Shown here in pieces: positions 21,314-32,062 of a stretch of DNA of 64,000 bases. The translations under genes were made by a program, and so were the position numbers. The DNA is taken from the NCBI GenBank assembly GCA_022841985.1, contig JALHQL010000005.1, forward strand, positions 4,267 through 68,266. Reading direction: 5' to 3'. The first letter of the stretch is position 1; each line of letters opens with the position of its first letter. The notes beneath the pieces are model-generated. The model was not told the DNA's origin. It saw only the letters and a list, made by a program, of their open reading frames with translations, and searched no databases. This DNA is from Minisyncoccota bacterium. GTDB lineage: Bacteria; Patescibacteriota; Minisyncoccia; Phycocordibacterales; Phycocordibacteraceae.

Positions 21314-22146
21314 AGGAACCATCAATTTTCGACCAAGCACTTATTACAGGAGCAGATGGAATGATTGGTAGTTATATTGATTTTGGTATTCGTACCAACC
21401 ATCGCTCACTCGATGTGACCAATCTTGCAGAAGTATTGAAAGTGTGCGGTATACATAAACCGAAGCTTATTATCCATCTCGCTGCCGAAACCGATGTCGA
21501 TCATTGTGAACACGATGTCACACATGCGTATCAGGTGAATGCTGTTGGTACATACAACGTGGCGACGGCAGCAAGAATAGTAGGAGCAAAGATGGTCTAC
21601 ATTTCTACCTCGAGTGTGTTCAATGGAACTAAGATTGAACCGTATACTGAAGAGGATGTTCCTGCTCCACAAAATATCTATGGCAACTCAAAATATTTCG
21701 GGGAACTCGCTGTGATGGGAATTTTGCGTGAGCACCTCATCCTCCGTATCTGTTGGGTATTTGGCGGAGGACCGTCGAAGGATCAAAAATTTGTCGCAAA
21801 AATACTAGAGCAACTAGATCAGCCAGTTATTAACGTGGTAGGAAACAAACGGGGATCGCCTACCTATGGGAAGGATCTGGTTGCGGGTATGCGACGACTC
21901 ATTGAAGAGGGGAGAACCGGCGTTTACCACATGGGGAACTTCGGCTCTCCAACGCGTGTCGATATCGTAAAAGAAATTGTTCGGATCACTGGCTCGAATG
22001 CAAAAGTCAAGGAAGTGGAATCGAGTTTCTTCGGCACGTCAAATGCACATCGTCCAAGTAATGAGAGCATGACCTCAAAGGTTTCTTATATGCGTCCGTG
22101 GCAGGAAGCACTGCGGGACTATATAGAGACCGAGTGGAAGAAGTAA
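21310..22146 (+). CDS. rfbD: dTDP-4-dehydrorhamnose reductase
   Basis: ITGADGMIG, HLAAETDVD, YGNSK, GSPTY; completes the rml set. Confidence 0.9.
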   Translation: MKEPSIFDQALITGADGMIGSYIDFGIRTNHRSLDVTNLAEVLKVCGIHKPKLIIHLAAETDVDHCEHDVTHAYQVNAVGTYNVATAARIVGAKMVYISTSSVFNGTKIEPYTEEDVPAPQNIYGNSKYFGELAVMGILREHLILRICWVFGGGPSKDQKFVAKILEQLDQPVINVVGNKRGSPTYGKDLVAGMRRLIEEGRTGVYHMGNFGSPTRVDIVKEIVRITGSNAKVKEVESSFFGTSNAHRPSNESMTSKVSYMRPWQEALRDYIETEWKK

Positions 22147-22156
22147 GGTACGAGTC

Positions 22157-22828
22157 TCACCACTTGATTCCAGTGAGACCAAGTAATTGATGGTCATCAA
22201 GAACCTGTCTTTCAAACTCTTGAATTCGTTTCGTATATTGGGCCGCTAGGATTTTACCCTTTTCAGTGTGAATGAGGTCAGGGAATTCGGTCGCAATAAT
22301 TCGAATATTATCAAAGCAGCTCTTAGGGGTACGGTAGGTGCTTAGGGGGTTAATTTTTTCCAGATAAGAAAGTTCCACCGCTGGCAGGTCTGGCAAATAT
22401 TGGCCGTTACGTATGAAGAGCGTTGCTTGCATATTGATAAGTTTATCGGCATCTTGTAATACCTCTTGGGTTGGGCTTCGGTGTGTGGCCAGCTTCTCAC
22501 TATGTTCAAGTGCTGCAAGATAGATTTCTTCTATTTCTTCGCTTGTAAAAGAATTTGCGGGCAGGAGATCGAGGTATGTACGGAGTTGTACGGAAAACTT
22601 ATCTGCGCCTACCAAGCGGTCGGTAGAGTGAATGAGTCCAGCGATCCAACCGCTATCGGCAAGCCGTGATGTCGGGGCGATATATACCGCCATTTGAGCA
22701 ACTGCCACGTCGTGATCAAGACCGTGACCACGGTGCTTGTTTGGTGATGTCTCGTGAGTATTCTTTATGGCCAAATATAGAGTATGGAACTTTTGTCGAT
22801 ATGAGTCGAACGATCTAGATAATGGCAT
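22157..22828 (-). CDS. Divergent HD-domain-like protein
   Basis: GHGLDH...LIHSTD...EH...LQDADKL follows the HD-fold pattern but has HS instead of HD. Confidence 0.6.
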   Translation of the reverse strand: MPLSRSFDSYRQKFHTLYLAIKNTHETSPNKHRGHGLDHDVAVAQMAVYIAPTSRLADSGWIAGLIHSTDRLVGADKFSVQLRTYLDLLPANSFTSEEIEEIYLAALEHSEKLATHRSPTQEVLQDADKLINMQATLFIRNGQYLPDLPAVELSYLEKINPLSTYRTPKSCFDNIRIIATEFPDLIHTEKGKILAAQYTKRIQEFERQVLDDHQLLGLTGIKW

Positions 22829-22910
22829 GCGGTTGGCATTGTAGCATGAGGCGTCAGTCGATATTTTATTGAGAGAGAATACATGCTAGTATCTTCACAC
22901 CTTCGCGTCT

Positions 22911-24182
22911 ATGAAAAAAAGAATGACCTGTCGAATTTCGGGGGAGTCTCTCATAGAGTTGTTCTCTCTGGGTGATATGTACATATCCGATTTCCTCCCT
23001 GCTCAGGGGTCTCCTCGTTCAGAAAAAGTACCTCTTGTGATGATGCTTGCACCGAAATCGGGATTAGTGCAGCTCGCACACACAGCTAATTTCGATGACA
23101 TGTATCGGCATTACTGGTATCGCTCGGGTACTAACGAAGCTATGGTTGCTGAGCTTAAGGATATTGCCACCTCGACTGCAAAACTCATGCGTCTTGAAGC
23201 GGGCGATGTATTTATAGACATTGCTTGTAACGACGGAACACTTCTTTCTTTTATTGATTCTTCGGTTAAACGGGTTGGGTTTGATCCTGCACACAATACG
23301 TATGAAGAGGCAAATAAGCAAAATTTTGATCTTTTCGTAAACGACTACTTCAGTGCAAAGTCATACAAAAACTCTCCTCTTGGCTCAAAAAAGGCAAAAA
23401 TAGTCACGACCATAGCGATGTTCTATGATCTCGAAGACCCGCATGCATTTGTAAAAGATGTTAAAGAAGTAATGGATAAGGATGGACTATGGTTGGTCCA
23501 AATGAGCTATTTGCCGCTCATGCTTCGTCAACTTGCGTTTGACAACATTTGTCATGAGCACCTTGAGTACTATTCGCTCGAGACAATGAAATATCTCCTT
23601 GATACGCATGATATGGAAATAGTCGACTGTCAGCTCAACGATGTTAATGGCGGGAGTTTCCGTGTGTACATTCGGAATAAGGGTGCCAATCCTGACACTT
23701 TTGCTACTGCCCCTTATCGCGATGTTGCAAAACACCGTGTGGAAAGTATTCTTGCGCATGAGCGGGAACTTAACCTCAAGGATCCTGCAACCTATCTCGA
23801 ATTTTTTGCTCAGGCGTCTCGCTTACGTGACAAGACTCTTGCTTTTTTGAAAGCAGAAAAATCTAAAGGTAAAAAAATATGGGCGTATGGAGCCTCGACC
23901 AAGGGCAACACGCTTCTGCAATGGTGGGGTATCGATAACACCCTTATTGATGGCATCGCCGAGCGTCAACCGATGAAGTATGGGCTTAAGACCGTCGGCA
24001 GCAATATTCCCATATTCTCAGACGAGGATATGCGCAAGGCAAATCCAGACTATCTCCTCGTACTGCCGTGGCATTTCATAGAATCATTCGTACGCCGGGA
24101 GAAAGCATTTCTCGAGCGAGGGGGAAAATTTATTGTGCCATGCCCAGTATTTCAAGTAATCGGTAGTGAACAGAGAAGTTAA
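22911..24182 (+). CDS. NDP-hexose C-methyltransferase family
   Basis: IDIACNDGTLL, FDNICHEHLEYYS, GGSFR, YGASTKGNTLL, LPWHF. Confidence 0.88.
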   Translation: MKKRMTCRISGESLIELFSLGDMYISDFLPAQGSPRSEKVPLVMMLAPKSGLVQLAHTANFDDMYRHYWYRSGTNEAMVAELKDIATSTAKLMRLEAGDVFIDIACNDGTLLSFIDSSVKRVGFDPAHNTYEEANKQNFDLFVNDYFSAKSYKNSPLGSKKAKIVTTIAMFYDLEDPHAFVKDVKEVMDKDGLWLVQMSYLPLMLRQLAFDNICHEHLEYYSLETMKYLLDTHDMEIVDCQLNDVNGGSFRVYIRNKGANPDTFATAPYRDVAKHRVESILAHERELNLKDPATYLEFFAQASRLRDKTLAFLKAEKSKGKKIWAYGASTKGNTLLQWWGIDNTLIDGIAERQPMKYGLKTVGSNIPIFSDEDMRKANPDYLLVLPWHFIESFVRREKAFLERGGKFIVPCPVFQVIGSEQRS

Positions 24183-25108
24183 GAGTGCACCAACTGAAAA
24201 TCAGCATAGGTTTTTTTCAGGCCTTCTTCTATGGACGTGCGAGGGCTCCATCCGAGAGTGTGCATCTTACTGACATCTAGAAGTTTGCGCGGCACTCCTT
24301 CCGGTTTTGTTGGGTCAAATATGAGTTTCCCTTCGTAACCAACTATCTGCTGAATGAGTATTGCAAGGTCATGGATCGAAATGTCAGTGCCGCTACCTAC
24401 ATTTATAAATTCTTTTTGGTGGTACTGGTTCATGAGAAATAGAAGCGCATCGGCAAGATCGTCTACATAGAGGAATTCGCGACGTGCGTTGCCTGAGCCC
24501 CACACTACGACTTCGGGAATGTTATTTTTCTTTGCTTCATGCATGCGGAGTATGAGAGAAGCGATAACATGTCCGCGTTCATGATCAAAGTAGTCGCCGA
24601 TCCCATACAAATTACAGGGCATGCATGAGATGAATTCCTTTTCAAATTGTGTGTATAGGTATTCACATAACTTCAGTCCTGCTATTTTCGCTATCGAGTA
24701 GCCTTCATTGCTCGGCTCGAATGGGCCAGTGAGAAGATCTGTTTCTTTCATGGGTTGTGGAGCGAGGCCAGGATAAATGCAACTTGACCCTAAGAATAGC
24801 AGTTTACGTACATTGGAGCGGTACGCCTGCCAGATGACGTTATTTTGGATGACCAAATTTTCGTAGAGAAATTCTGCGGGGAAGGTACCGCTCGCCTTGA
24901 TGCCTCCGGCTCGCGCTGCGGCTGCAATGACATATTCCAGCTGATGTTCTTTAAAGAAGCGTTCCACAGCTCCCGTATTCATCAGGTCAAGGTCCTCTCG
25001 AGAGGGGGCGAGGATATTAGTAAAATTCTGCGACCGCAAGGTCCGCAATAGTGCGGAGCCAACCAGACCTCGGCCACCAGTCACCAATATTCGAGAGTCT
25101 TTATTCAT
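24179..25108 (-). CDS. fcl: GDP-L-fucose synthase
   Basis: GGRGLVGSA, FLGSSCIYP, YSIAKIAG, VWGSGNARREFLYVDD, KPEGVPRK. Confidence 0.93.
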   Translation of the reverse strand: MNKDSRILVTGGRGLVGSALLRTLRSQNFTNILAPSREDLDLMNTGAVERFFKEHQLEYVIAAAARAGGIKASGTFPAEFLYENLVIQNNVIWQAYRSNVRKLLFLGSSCIYPGLAPQPMKETDLLTGPFEPSNEGYSIAKIAGLKLCEYLYTQFEKEFISCMPCNLYGIGDYFDHERGHVIASLILRMHEAKKNNIPEVVVWGSGNARREFLYVDDLADALLFLMNQYHQKEFINVGSGTDISIHDLAILIQQIVGYEGKLIFDPTKPEGVPRKLLDVSKMHTLGWSPRTSIEEGLKKTYADFQLVHS

Positions 25109-25151
25109 TGCGCACAATTCTATCACAAGGTATCGTTAAGATTCTTTCCAT

Positions 25152-26189
25152 ATGACCTCCAAAAGTCGCGCAAAGCTCAGTAGGAAAAAGGCACTTATCA
25201 CCGGTATTACCGGGCAGGATGGTTCATATCTAACTGAATTCCTCTTGGAGAAAGGATATGAGGTGCATGGAATTATACGTCGTTCAGCCTCATTCAACAC
25301 GGAACGTCTTTCAGGCGTTCAGAAGGATTTACATGACCGCAGCTCTCGCCTCCATCTGCACTATGGAGACTTGCAGGACTCCAATGCGCTTAACCGAATT
25401 ATTCTCGAACATAAACCGGATGAGGTCTATCATCTGGGTGCTCAAAGTCACGTCCGCGTGAGTTTCGATTTGCCAGAGTATACTGCCGAAGTTGGGGCTA
25501 TCGGCACTTTGCGTATTTTGGAAACCATTCGCCATAGCGGTCTTCCAATACGTTTTTATAATGCCGCTTCAAGTGAAATGTACGGAGAGGTACTCGAGAC
25601 ACCTCAAAATGAGAAGACGCCTTTTAATCCACGAAGTCCCTATGCGGCGGCAAAAGTATTTGCTTTTGCAATGACGAAGAATTATCGGGAGGCCTATGGT
25701 ATGCATGCGAGTAGCGGGATTCTCTTTAATCATGAATCACCGCGCCGCGGAGAAACATTCGTAACCCGTAAGATTACAACCAATATCGCTAAGATATTGC
25801 GCGGTGAGAAGGACAAGTTATATCTTGGGAATCTCGAGGCGCGTCGCGATTGGGGATATGCTCCGGAATATGTTGAAGCGATGTGGCTCATGCTGCAGCA
25901 AGAGATGCCTGATGATTACGTGATTGCGACAGGTGAGGTTCACAGTGTGCGCGAATTTGTAGAAGAGGCTTTTAGACTCGTGGGACTTGATTGGAAAAAA
26001 TACGTCAAAATAGATAAGAACTATTTGCGTCCTACAGAGGTTGAGTTACTCAAGGGGGATGCGTCAAAAGCCCATCAAAAATTCGGATGGAAACCAAAGA
26101 TAAAATTTAATGAGTTGGTACGTTGTATGCTCATTGCTGATCTTGAGAGAGAGGGCGTTGCGTTACCGCCACTGCTTGCAAAAAAGTGA
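25152..26189 (+). CDS. gmd: GDP-mannose 4,6-dehydratase
   Basis: [40 protein letters not shown]. Confidence 0.97.
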   Translation: MTSKSRAKLSRKKALITGITGQDGSYLTEFLLEKGYEVHGIIRRSASFNTERLSGVQKDLHDRSSRLHLHYGDLQDSNALNRIILEHKPDEVYHLGAQSHVRVSFDLPEYTAEVGAIGTLRILETIRHSGLPIRFYNAASSEMYGEVLETPQNEKTPFNPRSPYAAAKVFAFAMTKNYREAYGMHASSGILFNHESPRRGETFVTRKITTNIAKILRGEKDKLYLGNLEARRDWGYAPEYVEAMWLMLQQEMPDDYVIATGEVHSVREFVEEAFRLVGLDWKKYVKIDKNYLRPTEVELLKGDASKAHQKFGWKPKIKFNELVRCMLIADLEREGVALPPLLAKK

Positions 26190-26190
26190 A

Positions 26191-27075
26191 ATGAAACCCC
26201 TCCCCAATGTCTCAATCGTAGTTTCTTGTTGGAATTCTGCTCACATTCTCGAAGAAGCGCTTGAGTCAATTGTAGCGACGGCAGGAACTTTTAATGTGGA
26301 CGTCACCGTACTTGACGATGCGTCCACGGATGGAGGGTATTCAAATATACACGCAAAATATAAGGATGATCCACGCTTCTCGTTCGTGCGAAATGAAGTA
26401 AATGTTGGTGTAGCCGCTCTGAACATCATGTTGGAACGTTCGCAGGCGAAATACATCATGACGCTTGATACAGATGCGCGTTTGCAGCCAGGGGCACTCA
26501 AAGCACTCTATGAGTTTATGGAGACTCATCCAGAGGCTGGAGCCGCAACTGCAAATCTGCGCAATCCTGATGGTTCCCCACAGTATTATTACCGACGTAT
26601 CATCACTCCTTTACTGTACTTCTTCACGACTCCGATCGGGAGATTTTTTGATAAATATTTCTTTGCGCTCCATTTTTATAAGCAATATCATTACTCGGGC
26701 TTAGATGTTACGAAAATTTCAGAATTAGAGCAGCCGGTCATAGCTGGTCTCATGCTCCGTCGCGCGGCATTTGATTCATATATTCTTGATCCTGATTTTC
26801 GGCTTTTTGGGATTGACATCGATTTGTGCAAGCGTCTGTATGATAAGGGTTATAAGATATACCTCGTGCCAGAGGCAAGAGTGATTCATCTAAAGACGGC
26901 GTCTGCTCGGAAGCGGGGAAAATTATGGCTTGATCGTGAGTTGAATCGTAGTTTCGCGCTGTATTTTAAGAAACATCACCCGTACGTCAACCCCTTTTTG
27001 AAGATTGCGATGTTTCTGGATATCATTTCACGCATGTTCTTGCGGTTTGTTGTCGGGCGGGAACCGATGCGTTAA
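26191..27075 (+). CDS. Glycosyltransferase family 2 (rhamnosyltransferase-like)
   Basis: DDASTDG, LDTDA, DIDLCKR, VIHL. Confidence 0.85.
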   Translation: MKPLPNVSIVVSCWNSAHILEEALESIVATAGTFNVDVTVLDDASTDGGYSNIHAKYKDDPRFSFVRNEVNVGVAALNIMLERSQAKYIMTLDTDARLQPGALKALYEFMETHPEAGAATANLRNPDGSPQYYYRRIITPLLYFFTTPIGRFFDKYFFALHFYKQYHYSGLDVTKISELEQPVIAGLMLRRAAFDSYILDPDFRLFGIDIDLCKRLYDKGYKIYLVPEARVIHLKTASARKRGKLWLDRELNRSFALYFKKHHPYVNPFLKIAMFLDIISRMFLRFVVGREPMR

Positions 27076-27078
27076 TGT

Positions 27079-28317
27079 ATGCAAGATTACCTACATAAAA
27101 CAACATGCCGTGTGTGCGGGGGAACAAATCTTATTAAGGTGCTCGACCTCGGGTCGACGCCACCGGCGAATGCTTATCTTAAGGAAGAGAATCTGGGAGC
27201 ACCAGAAACTTCCTTTCCTCTAGCACTCTATTTCTGTAGGACATGCTCGCTCGCCCATCTCTTAGATGTTGTAAATCCAGAGATCCTCTTTAAGGATTAC
27301 CACTTCTTGACGGGTGCGAGCTCGCCGTCGGTCGCACATTTTAAGAAGTATGCCGACGACGTGGTACTCCCACTCATCACGTCGCCTGATGATCTTGTGA
27401 TAGATATCGGCGGGAACGATGGCGTGCTCCTGAGTTTCGTTAAGGACTATGCGCGCGTGTTGAACGTCGATCCGGCTGATAATCTCGCTCTGATTTCAGA
27501 AGGAAAGGGAGTTCCATTCTATACGGCGTTTTTTACTTCGCAAACCGCAGATGAGCTCATCGCGAAATACGGTCCCGCAAAGGTAGTGGTAGCGAACAAT
27601 GTCTTCGCGCATACCGATCCGATTCGCGATGTGTTCAAGGGTGTTGCAAAGCTTATCGGAGAGAATGGGGTATTCGTATTCGAAGTGCACTGGAACAAAC
27701 ATCTCATCGAAGAGGGTGCGTTCGACCAGATATATCATGAGCATCTTTGCTTTTACTCGCTTCATGCCGCGAAATATCTTGTCGAAGCAATGGGCATGAA
27801 AGTGTTTGATGTAGAAATCGTTCCGACGCAAGGTCAATCGCTCCGCGTATATGCCGGAAAAAATAAAATTGAGAAGATCTCGGTCAAAGATATATTGGAC
27901 CTTGAGAGGGAAGTAGGCCTGACAGACGAAAAGACTTTTATTGCTTTTGGCGAAAAGGTAAGCGGCAATAGGGAGAAACTCAGAACGCTCCTTCTAGACT
28001 TGAAAGCACAAGGGAAGCGAATTGTCGGTTATGGCGCTCCCGCCAAGGGGAATACGCTTCTCAATTATTACGGTATCGGTCCGGATATCCTCGAGTATCT
28101 CACCGATACTACGCCCCTCAAGCAGGGGCTCTATAGTCCTGGACAACATATTCCGATCGTTTCTCCGGAGAAACTTCTTACGAATACTCCCGATTACATT
28201 CTCCTTCTTGCCTGGAACTTCAAAGATGCAATTTTAGAAAAAGAAAAATCACTTCTCGAAAAGGGTGTGAAGTTTATTGTTACCGTCCCGAATGTGGAGG
28301 TCATAGGTAATAGATAG
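27079..28317 (+). CDS. NDP-hexose C-methyltransferase family (zinc-binding N-terminus)
   Basis: CRVC...CRTC, DIGGNDG, FDQIYHEH, GYGAPAKGNTLLNY, LLAWNF. Confidence 0.9.
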   Translation: MQDYLHKTTCRVCGGTNLIKVLDLGSTPPANAYLKEENLGAPETSFPLALYFCRTCSLAHLLDVVNPEILFKDYHFLTGASSPSVAHFKKYADDVVLPLITSPDDLVIDIGGNDGVLLSFVKDYARVLNVDPADNLALISEGKGVPFYTAFFTSQTADELIAKYGPAKVVVANNVFAHTDPIRDVFKGVAKLIGENGVFVFEVHWNKHLIEEGAFDQIYHEHLCFYSLHAAKYLVEAMGMKVFDVEIVPTQGQSLRVYAGKNKIEKISVKDILDLEREVGLTDEKTFIAFGEKVSGNREKLRTLLLDLKAQGKRIVGYGAPAKGNTLLNYYGIGPDILEYLTDTTPLKQGLYSPGQHIPIVSPEKLLTNTPDYILLLAWNFKDAILEKEKSLLEKGVKFIVTVPNVEVIGNR

Positions 28318-28324
28318 TGATACT

Positions 28325-29290
28325 ATGCCCCTCATGAAAACGCCGGAGGCTATTTTTGAACTAGGTCTCAATCATTTGGGAGAGGTACAACGCGCGTATC
28401 GCATGGTGGATACCCTCCGTGCACAAGGGGCGACGCATATCACGATTCAGGCGGTCGTAGATTTCTCGTCGACAACCCGTGATTCTGTTGCTATTAAAAC
28501 GGTACAGCCAAACTGTCTCAGTTTCGAAGATGTCATTGCGGTTGTCCAATATGGGCAAAATGCCGGAGTAAGCATGGGGGCCGCTGTTCTAAATCCAGAA
28601 TACGTGGTCCCCCTTGTAGAAGCCGGGGTACGTTTCTTTAAGATTCTGAGTAGTGATCTGACTTACACACAGTTGCATATTGCCGTGGCGCGTACAAGGT
28701 TACCCTGTTATCTATCGACTGGTTTGGCAACGATTGAAGATATTAGTCGAGCAATAGACCTCATTCGTGCCATCGAACCAGAGACGGATGTCCGCCTCAT
28801 TCACACGGTGCTACAAATACCGACTCCAGCTCCAATGCTTAATTTGAACAACATACCATTTCTGATTAAAAAATTTAATGTTCCCGTCGCTTATGGGCAA
28901 CACTCAGACATCCGCGAGGCATTGTTTGCAGCGGTTGCCGCGGATGCTGAAACCGTATTTGTCTATGTTGCGGAAGAAATGTCGCCAGCATTACCTGATG
29001 GGCCACACGCTGTATTGTGTAGAGATGCTCGAGAGCTGTTAAAGAAACTCGCTGAAGTTAGAATCATGATGGGCGCCAGAGAAAGAATAGTAACCACAGC
29101 GGAACAAGATCGAAGGATTTCTATCCGGCGTTCCATTGTGGCAGCCGAGCCGATTAAAAAGGGGGAACCTATTACTGCGGGGAAAATAGCTTTCAAACGT
29201 CCAGGTACGGGGCGCGCGCCATGGGATGCCGCACAGATGTTTGGGTCGTATGCGGAAAAGGACTATCTGCAAGACGATGATATAGGTTAG
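28325..29290 (+). CDS. Divergent NeuB-family (nonulosonate synthase-like) protein with SAF domain
   Basis: ELGLNH, KILSSDL, LSTG, RRSIVAA...KRPGTG; several catalytic motifs are altered. Confidence 0.75.
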   Translation: MPLMKTPEAIFELGLNHLGEVQRAYRMVDTLRAQGATHITIQAVVDFSSTTRDSVAIKTVQPNCLSFEDVIAVVQYGQNAGVSMGAAVLNPEYVVPLVEAGVRFFKILSSDLTYTQLHIAVARTRLPCYLSTGLATIEDISRAIDLIRAIEPETDVRLIHTVLQIPTPAPMLNLNNIPFLIKKFNVPVAYGQHSDIREALFAAVAADAETVFVYVAEEMSPALPDGPHAVLCRDARELLKKLAEVRIMMGARERIVTTAEQDRRISIRRSIVAAEPIKKGEPITAGKIAFKRPGTGRAPWDAAQMFGSYAEKDYLQDDDIG

Positions 29291-29299
29291 AATCATCCC

Positions 29300-30070
29300 A
29301 TGCGAACCGCACTTATCGGAGGAGCTAGTAAGGGATTGGGATTGGGTTGCTGTAAAGCGCTTGCCATTGCAGGTCATCGTATTGTGATGTGTTCGAGGAA
29401 TAGTCATGATCTTGAGGCGGCGGCGCGCGAAGTAAGGACTCTCGGCAAAGGGGAGGTTATTGTGCATGCCTGCGACTTATCAAAAGAAACTGACCTCCGA
29501 AGTTTAGGAGAATGGCTCACTCGGGATGGTATTACCATTGATATTCTTGTAAATAATGTTGGTGGTCCACCTCCGAAAACAGTGACTCAGCTTACCGAGT
29601 CTGAATGGGAAGAGGGATTGGATCTATTGTTTCGTTCCACATTGCGTCTCTATGCGCTTGTGCTACCCAATATGCGGCAACAGAAATGGGGAAGAATCAT
29701 CAATATTCTTTCTACAACCGTAGTAGAACCGTCGCCAGCACTCGCCGTATCAAGCGTACTTCGCGCTGCTTTAGCGTCGTACGCAAAACTGACTGCAGGA
29801 GAAATATCTCGAGATGGTGTGACCGTGAATAGTGTGATGCCCAGTGGTTTTCTTACTGCGAGGACTGAAGAACTCATGGCTGATACAGCCAAGCGGGAAA
29901 ATAAAAGTATCGCGGAGGTACGTACTCATATCGAGTCGACATTACCCCTCGGTCGTTTTATGGATCCGATAGAATTAGGGAATTTTGTCGCGTATTTAGC
30001 GTCTGAGGATGCTTCTGGTATTACTGGCACGAATATCCCTGTCGACGGAGGATCTAAAAAGTCCGTCTAA
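29300..30070 (+). CDS. SDR family oxidoreductase
   Basis: GGASKGLG, LVNNVGGPP, PLGRF, VDGG. Confidence 0.88.
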   Translation: MRTALIGGASKGLGLGCCKALAIAGHRIVMCSRNSHDLEAAAREVRTLGKGEVIVHACDLSKETDLRSLGEWLTRDGITIDILVNNVGGPPPKTVTQLTESEWEEGLDLLFRSTLRLYALVLPNMRQQKWGRIINILSTTVVEPSPALAVSSVLRAALASYAKLTAGEISRDGVTVNSVMPSGFLTARTEELMADTAKRENKSIAEVRTHIESTLPLGRFMDPIELGNFVAYLASEDASGITGTNIPVDGGSKKSV

Positions 30071-30148
30071 TTTCCATAGTGTAACCTCACAGGGGTTCTT
30101 TCTGTTGCATTTGTTACTTGCAGAACACGTATTCCGTAAACATCACTT

Positions 30149-32050
30149 ATGCCGCACAAACAAAACGAACAAAATATCGTATTCATTTCAGAAATGAAAC
30201 ACATAGATTTGCTCGAGCAGTTTTTTGCAGAGCATCCTATGATACGAGAAGAAGGCTGCCTTCTCATTCCTACCGAGCTTGAAATCGAGTATGCTCTTAC
30301 GGACAAAAGAATCCCGTTTCATTCAGGCAGGCTATATCGCACAAAAGACGCCTCCACCATGGTTCTTTCTGAGAAATGGTCCACATCGATTTTTGGAAGC
30401 AATCAGTGGTCATTTTTTACTTATCGAGGTGTATCTTTATCACAGCTCTATTTCGTCCCATTGCAGGGCTATATGGCTTACGCAATTTATTGTGCCGCCA
30501 TCGTGACGAATGTACTGTCTGTACATACTCATGCTAAGCGTCTCGTGGCTTTCTCTTCATTTATTGGAGAGCCAACAAAAGGGAGTACGTTGGCGGGTCC
30601 TCAAATCAGGGTGTTTAGTGATGTGATCAAGTGTATCGCTACTGAGAAGGGTATCGAATCAATTGTTGTGGCGTCGTCCATACCGCCTGCTGTCAAAATC
30701 GAATCGGTAACATTTACGCTTCAGCGAGCACTCTTCAGCATAGGGGTACGAATACTTAATTCATGCATTAGGCTCTTTCGCCGTCCGCGGCGTATACGTG
30801 CGCTTGTAAGTGATTATTGGAAGAATATTGCGCCCTATGCTGCGTATCTTGATGACTCTCTCGAAATAATACTCGTAGACAGAAAAGAGGCACTCAAGGC
30901 GGGACTTTCGAACATTTGGAAATTTCGTATGCGTTTCTTACATCTCGATGCCTTTTCTTCGAGTGGTTCATCAGAGTGCCTTACAGCTCGTACGTATATT
31001 GAAAGAGAGTATAAGTTTTTGAGAAAAAATACGGAACTGCCAATGTGCGATTTCCAAGGTATCTCTCTGCGGCCACTCGTTTCTCAAGCACTCGACCTTA
31101 TAGTGGCAGAAGTCCTGACGGAGACTCTTAAGGACATTGATGATGCACACAGTATGTTTGAGCGAGTCAAGCCACATATCGTGCTTTTGCGCGCGACGAT
31201 TAGCAATCAAACGCACTTTGTCATTCTTGCTCAAGTCGCTCGCGCCCGTAACGTCCCTTCTCTTGAGGTCCAGCACGGACTTGAGTACAACGGTCCAGGA
31301 TCCTTTACTCGTCGGCATAGCGCGGAATATATGGGAGTGTATGGATTGTTTACACAAAGAGAAATGAAGTCAACTGGCGACAATCGTAGTACGCCTATAA
31401 TAATCGGCTCTCCACGTTTCGATGTGTATGCTGCATCTGCGAACTGGAAATCTGTAAAGACGCCGGGTAAAACTGTATCTTTTCTCTGTATCGCGAATGC
31501 TATCGAGACGGTCGCTGATGCCGACGCCTATGCATTTGAAGAGTATTTCTCTGCGATTGCGATTGCACTTAAGGACATACCGAATGCGCGCGTTATTGTA
31601 AAACTTCGCCCGGGAGATAATGTCAGGAATGTTCTTGCCCGCAGGATCGTTGCTTCTACTCTTGGTGACATTCCTTACATAATCGCTCACAATGAACCTC
31701 TCTCTGAGCTTTTCTCTAATGCGGATGTGGTCATATCTGGCTATACAACCGCAGCAATAGAGGCGATGCAGTGCGGTAAGCCGTTGGTATACCTAGGTCT
31801 CTCCTCCATTGAGAAGCTTTTCGGGCTGCATCATTTTCCCGAGTATGCAGAAAATAATGCGATGCGTCTGGCAACGACCACAGAGGATCTCACGCGCATT
31901 CTCAAAGAGTTGTCTATGCATCCAGATGTGCGCGCAGAAATCGCCGTACACGCAGTCGCATTTTTGAAACGCGAATATGTCTTTGATGGGCATGCGAGCG
32001 AACGGATGGCAAACTTAATACTCTCGCTTGTGGGCGACAAGAAACAATAG
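30149..32050 (+). CDS. Large GT-B fold protein, putative nonulosonate transferase / capsule biosynthesis protein
   Basis: VQHG, IGSPRFD, VKLRPG, TTAAIEAMQCGKP, DGHASER motifs as in CMP-sugar transferase-like proteins; context next to neu genes. Confidence 0.6.
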   Translation: MPHKQNEQNIVFISEMKHIDLLEQFFAEHPMIREEGCLLIPTELEIEYALTDKRIPFHSGRLYRTKDASTMVLSEKWSTSIFGSNQWSFFTYRGVSLSQLYFVPLQGYMAYAIYCAAIVTNVLSVHTHAKRLVAFSSFIGEPTKGSTLAGPQIRVFSDVIKCIATEKGIESIVVASSIPPAVKIESVTFTLQRALFSIGVRILNSCIRLFRRPRRIRALVSDYWKNIAPYAAYLDDSLEIILVDRKEALKAGLSNIWKFRMRFLHLDAFSSSGSSECLTARTYIEREYKFLRKNTELPMCDFQGISLRPLVSQALDLIVAEVLTETLKDIDDAHSMFERVKPHIVLLRATISNQTHFVILAQVARARNVPSLEVQHGLEYNGPGSFTRRHSAEYMGVYGLFTQREMKSTGDNRSTPIIIGSPRFDVYAASANWKSVKTPGKTVSFLCIANAIETVADADAYAFEEYFSAIAIALKDIPNARVIVKLRPGDNVRNVLARRIVASTLGDIPYIIAHNEPLSELFSNADVVISGYTTAAIEAMQCGKPLVYLGLSSIEKLFGLHHFPEYAENNAMRLATTTEDLTRILKELSMHPDVRAEIAVHAVAFLKREYVFDGHASERMANLILSLVGDKKQ

Positions 32051-32062
32051 TAATTTTAGACC

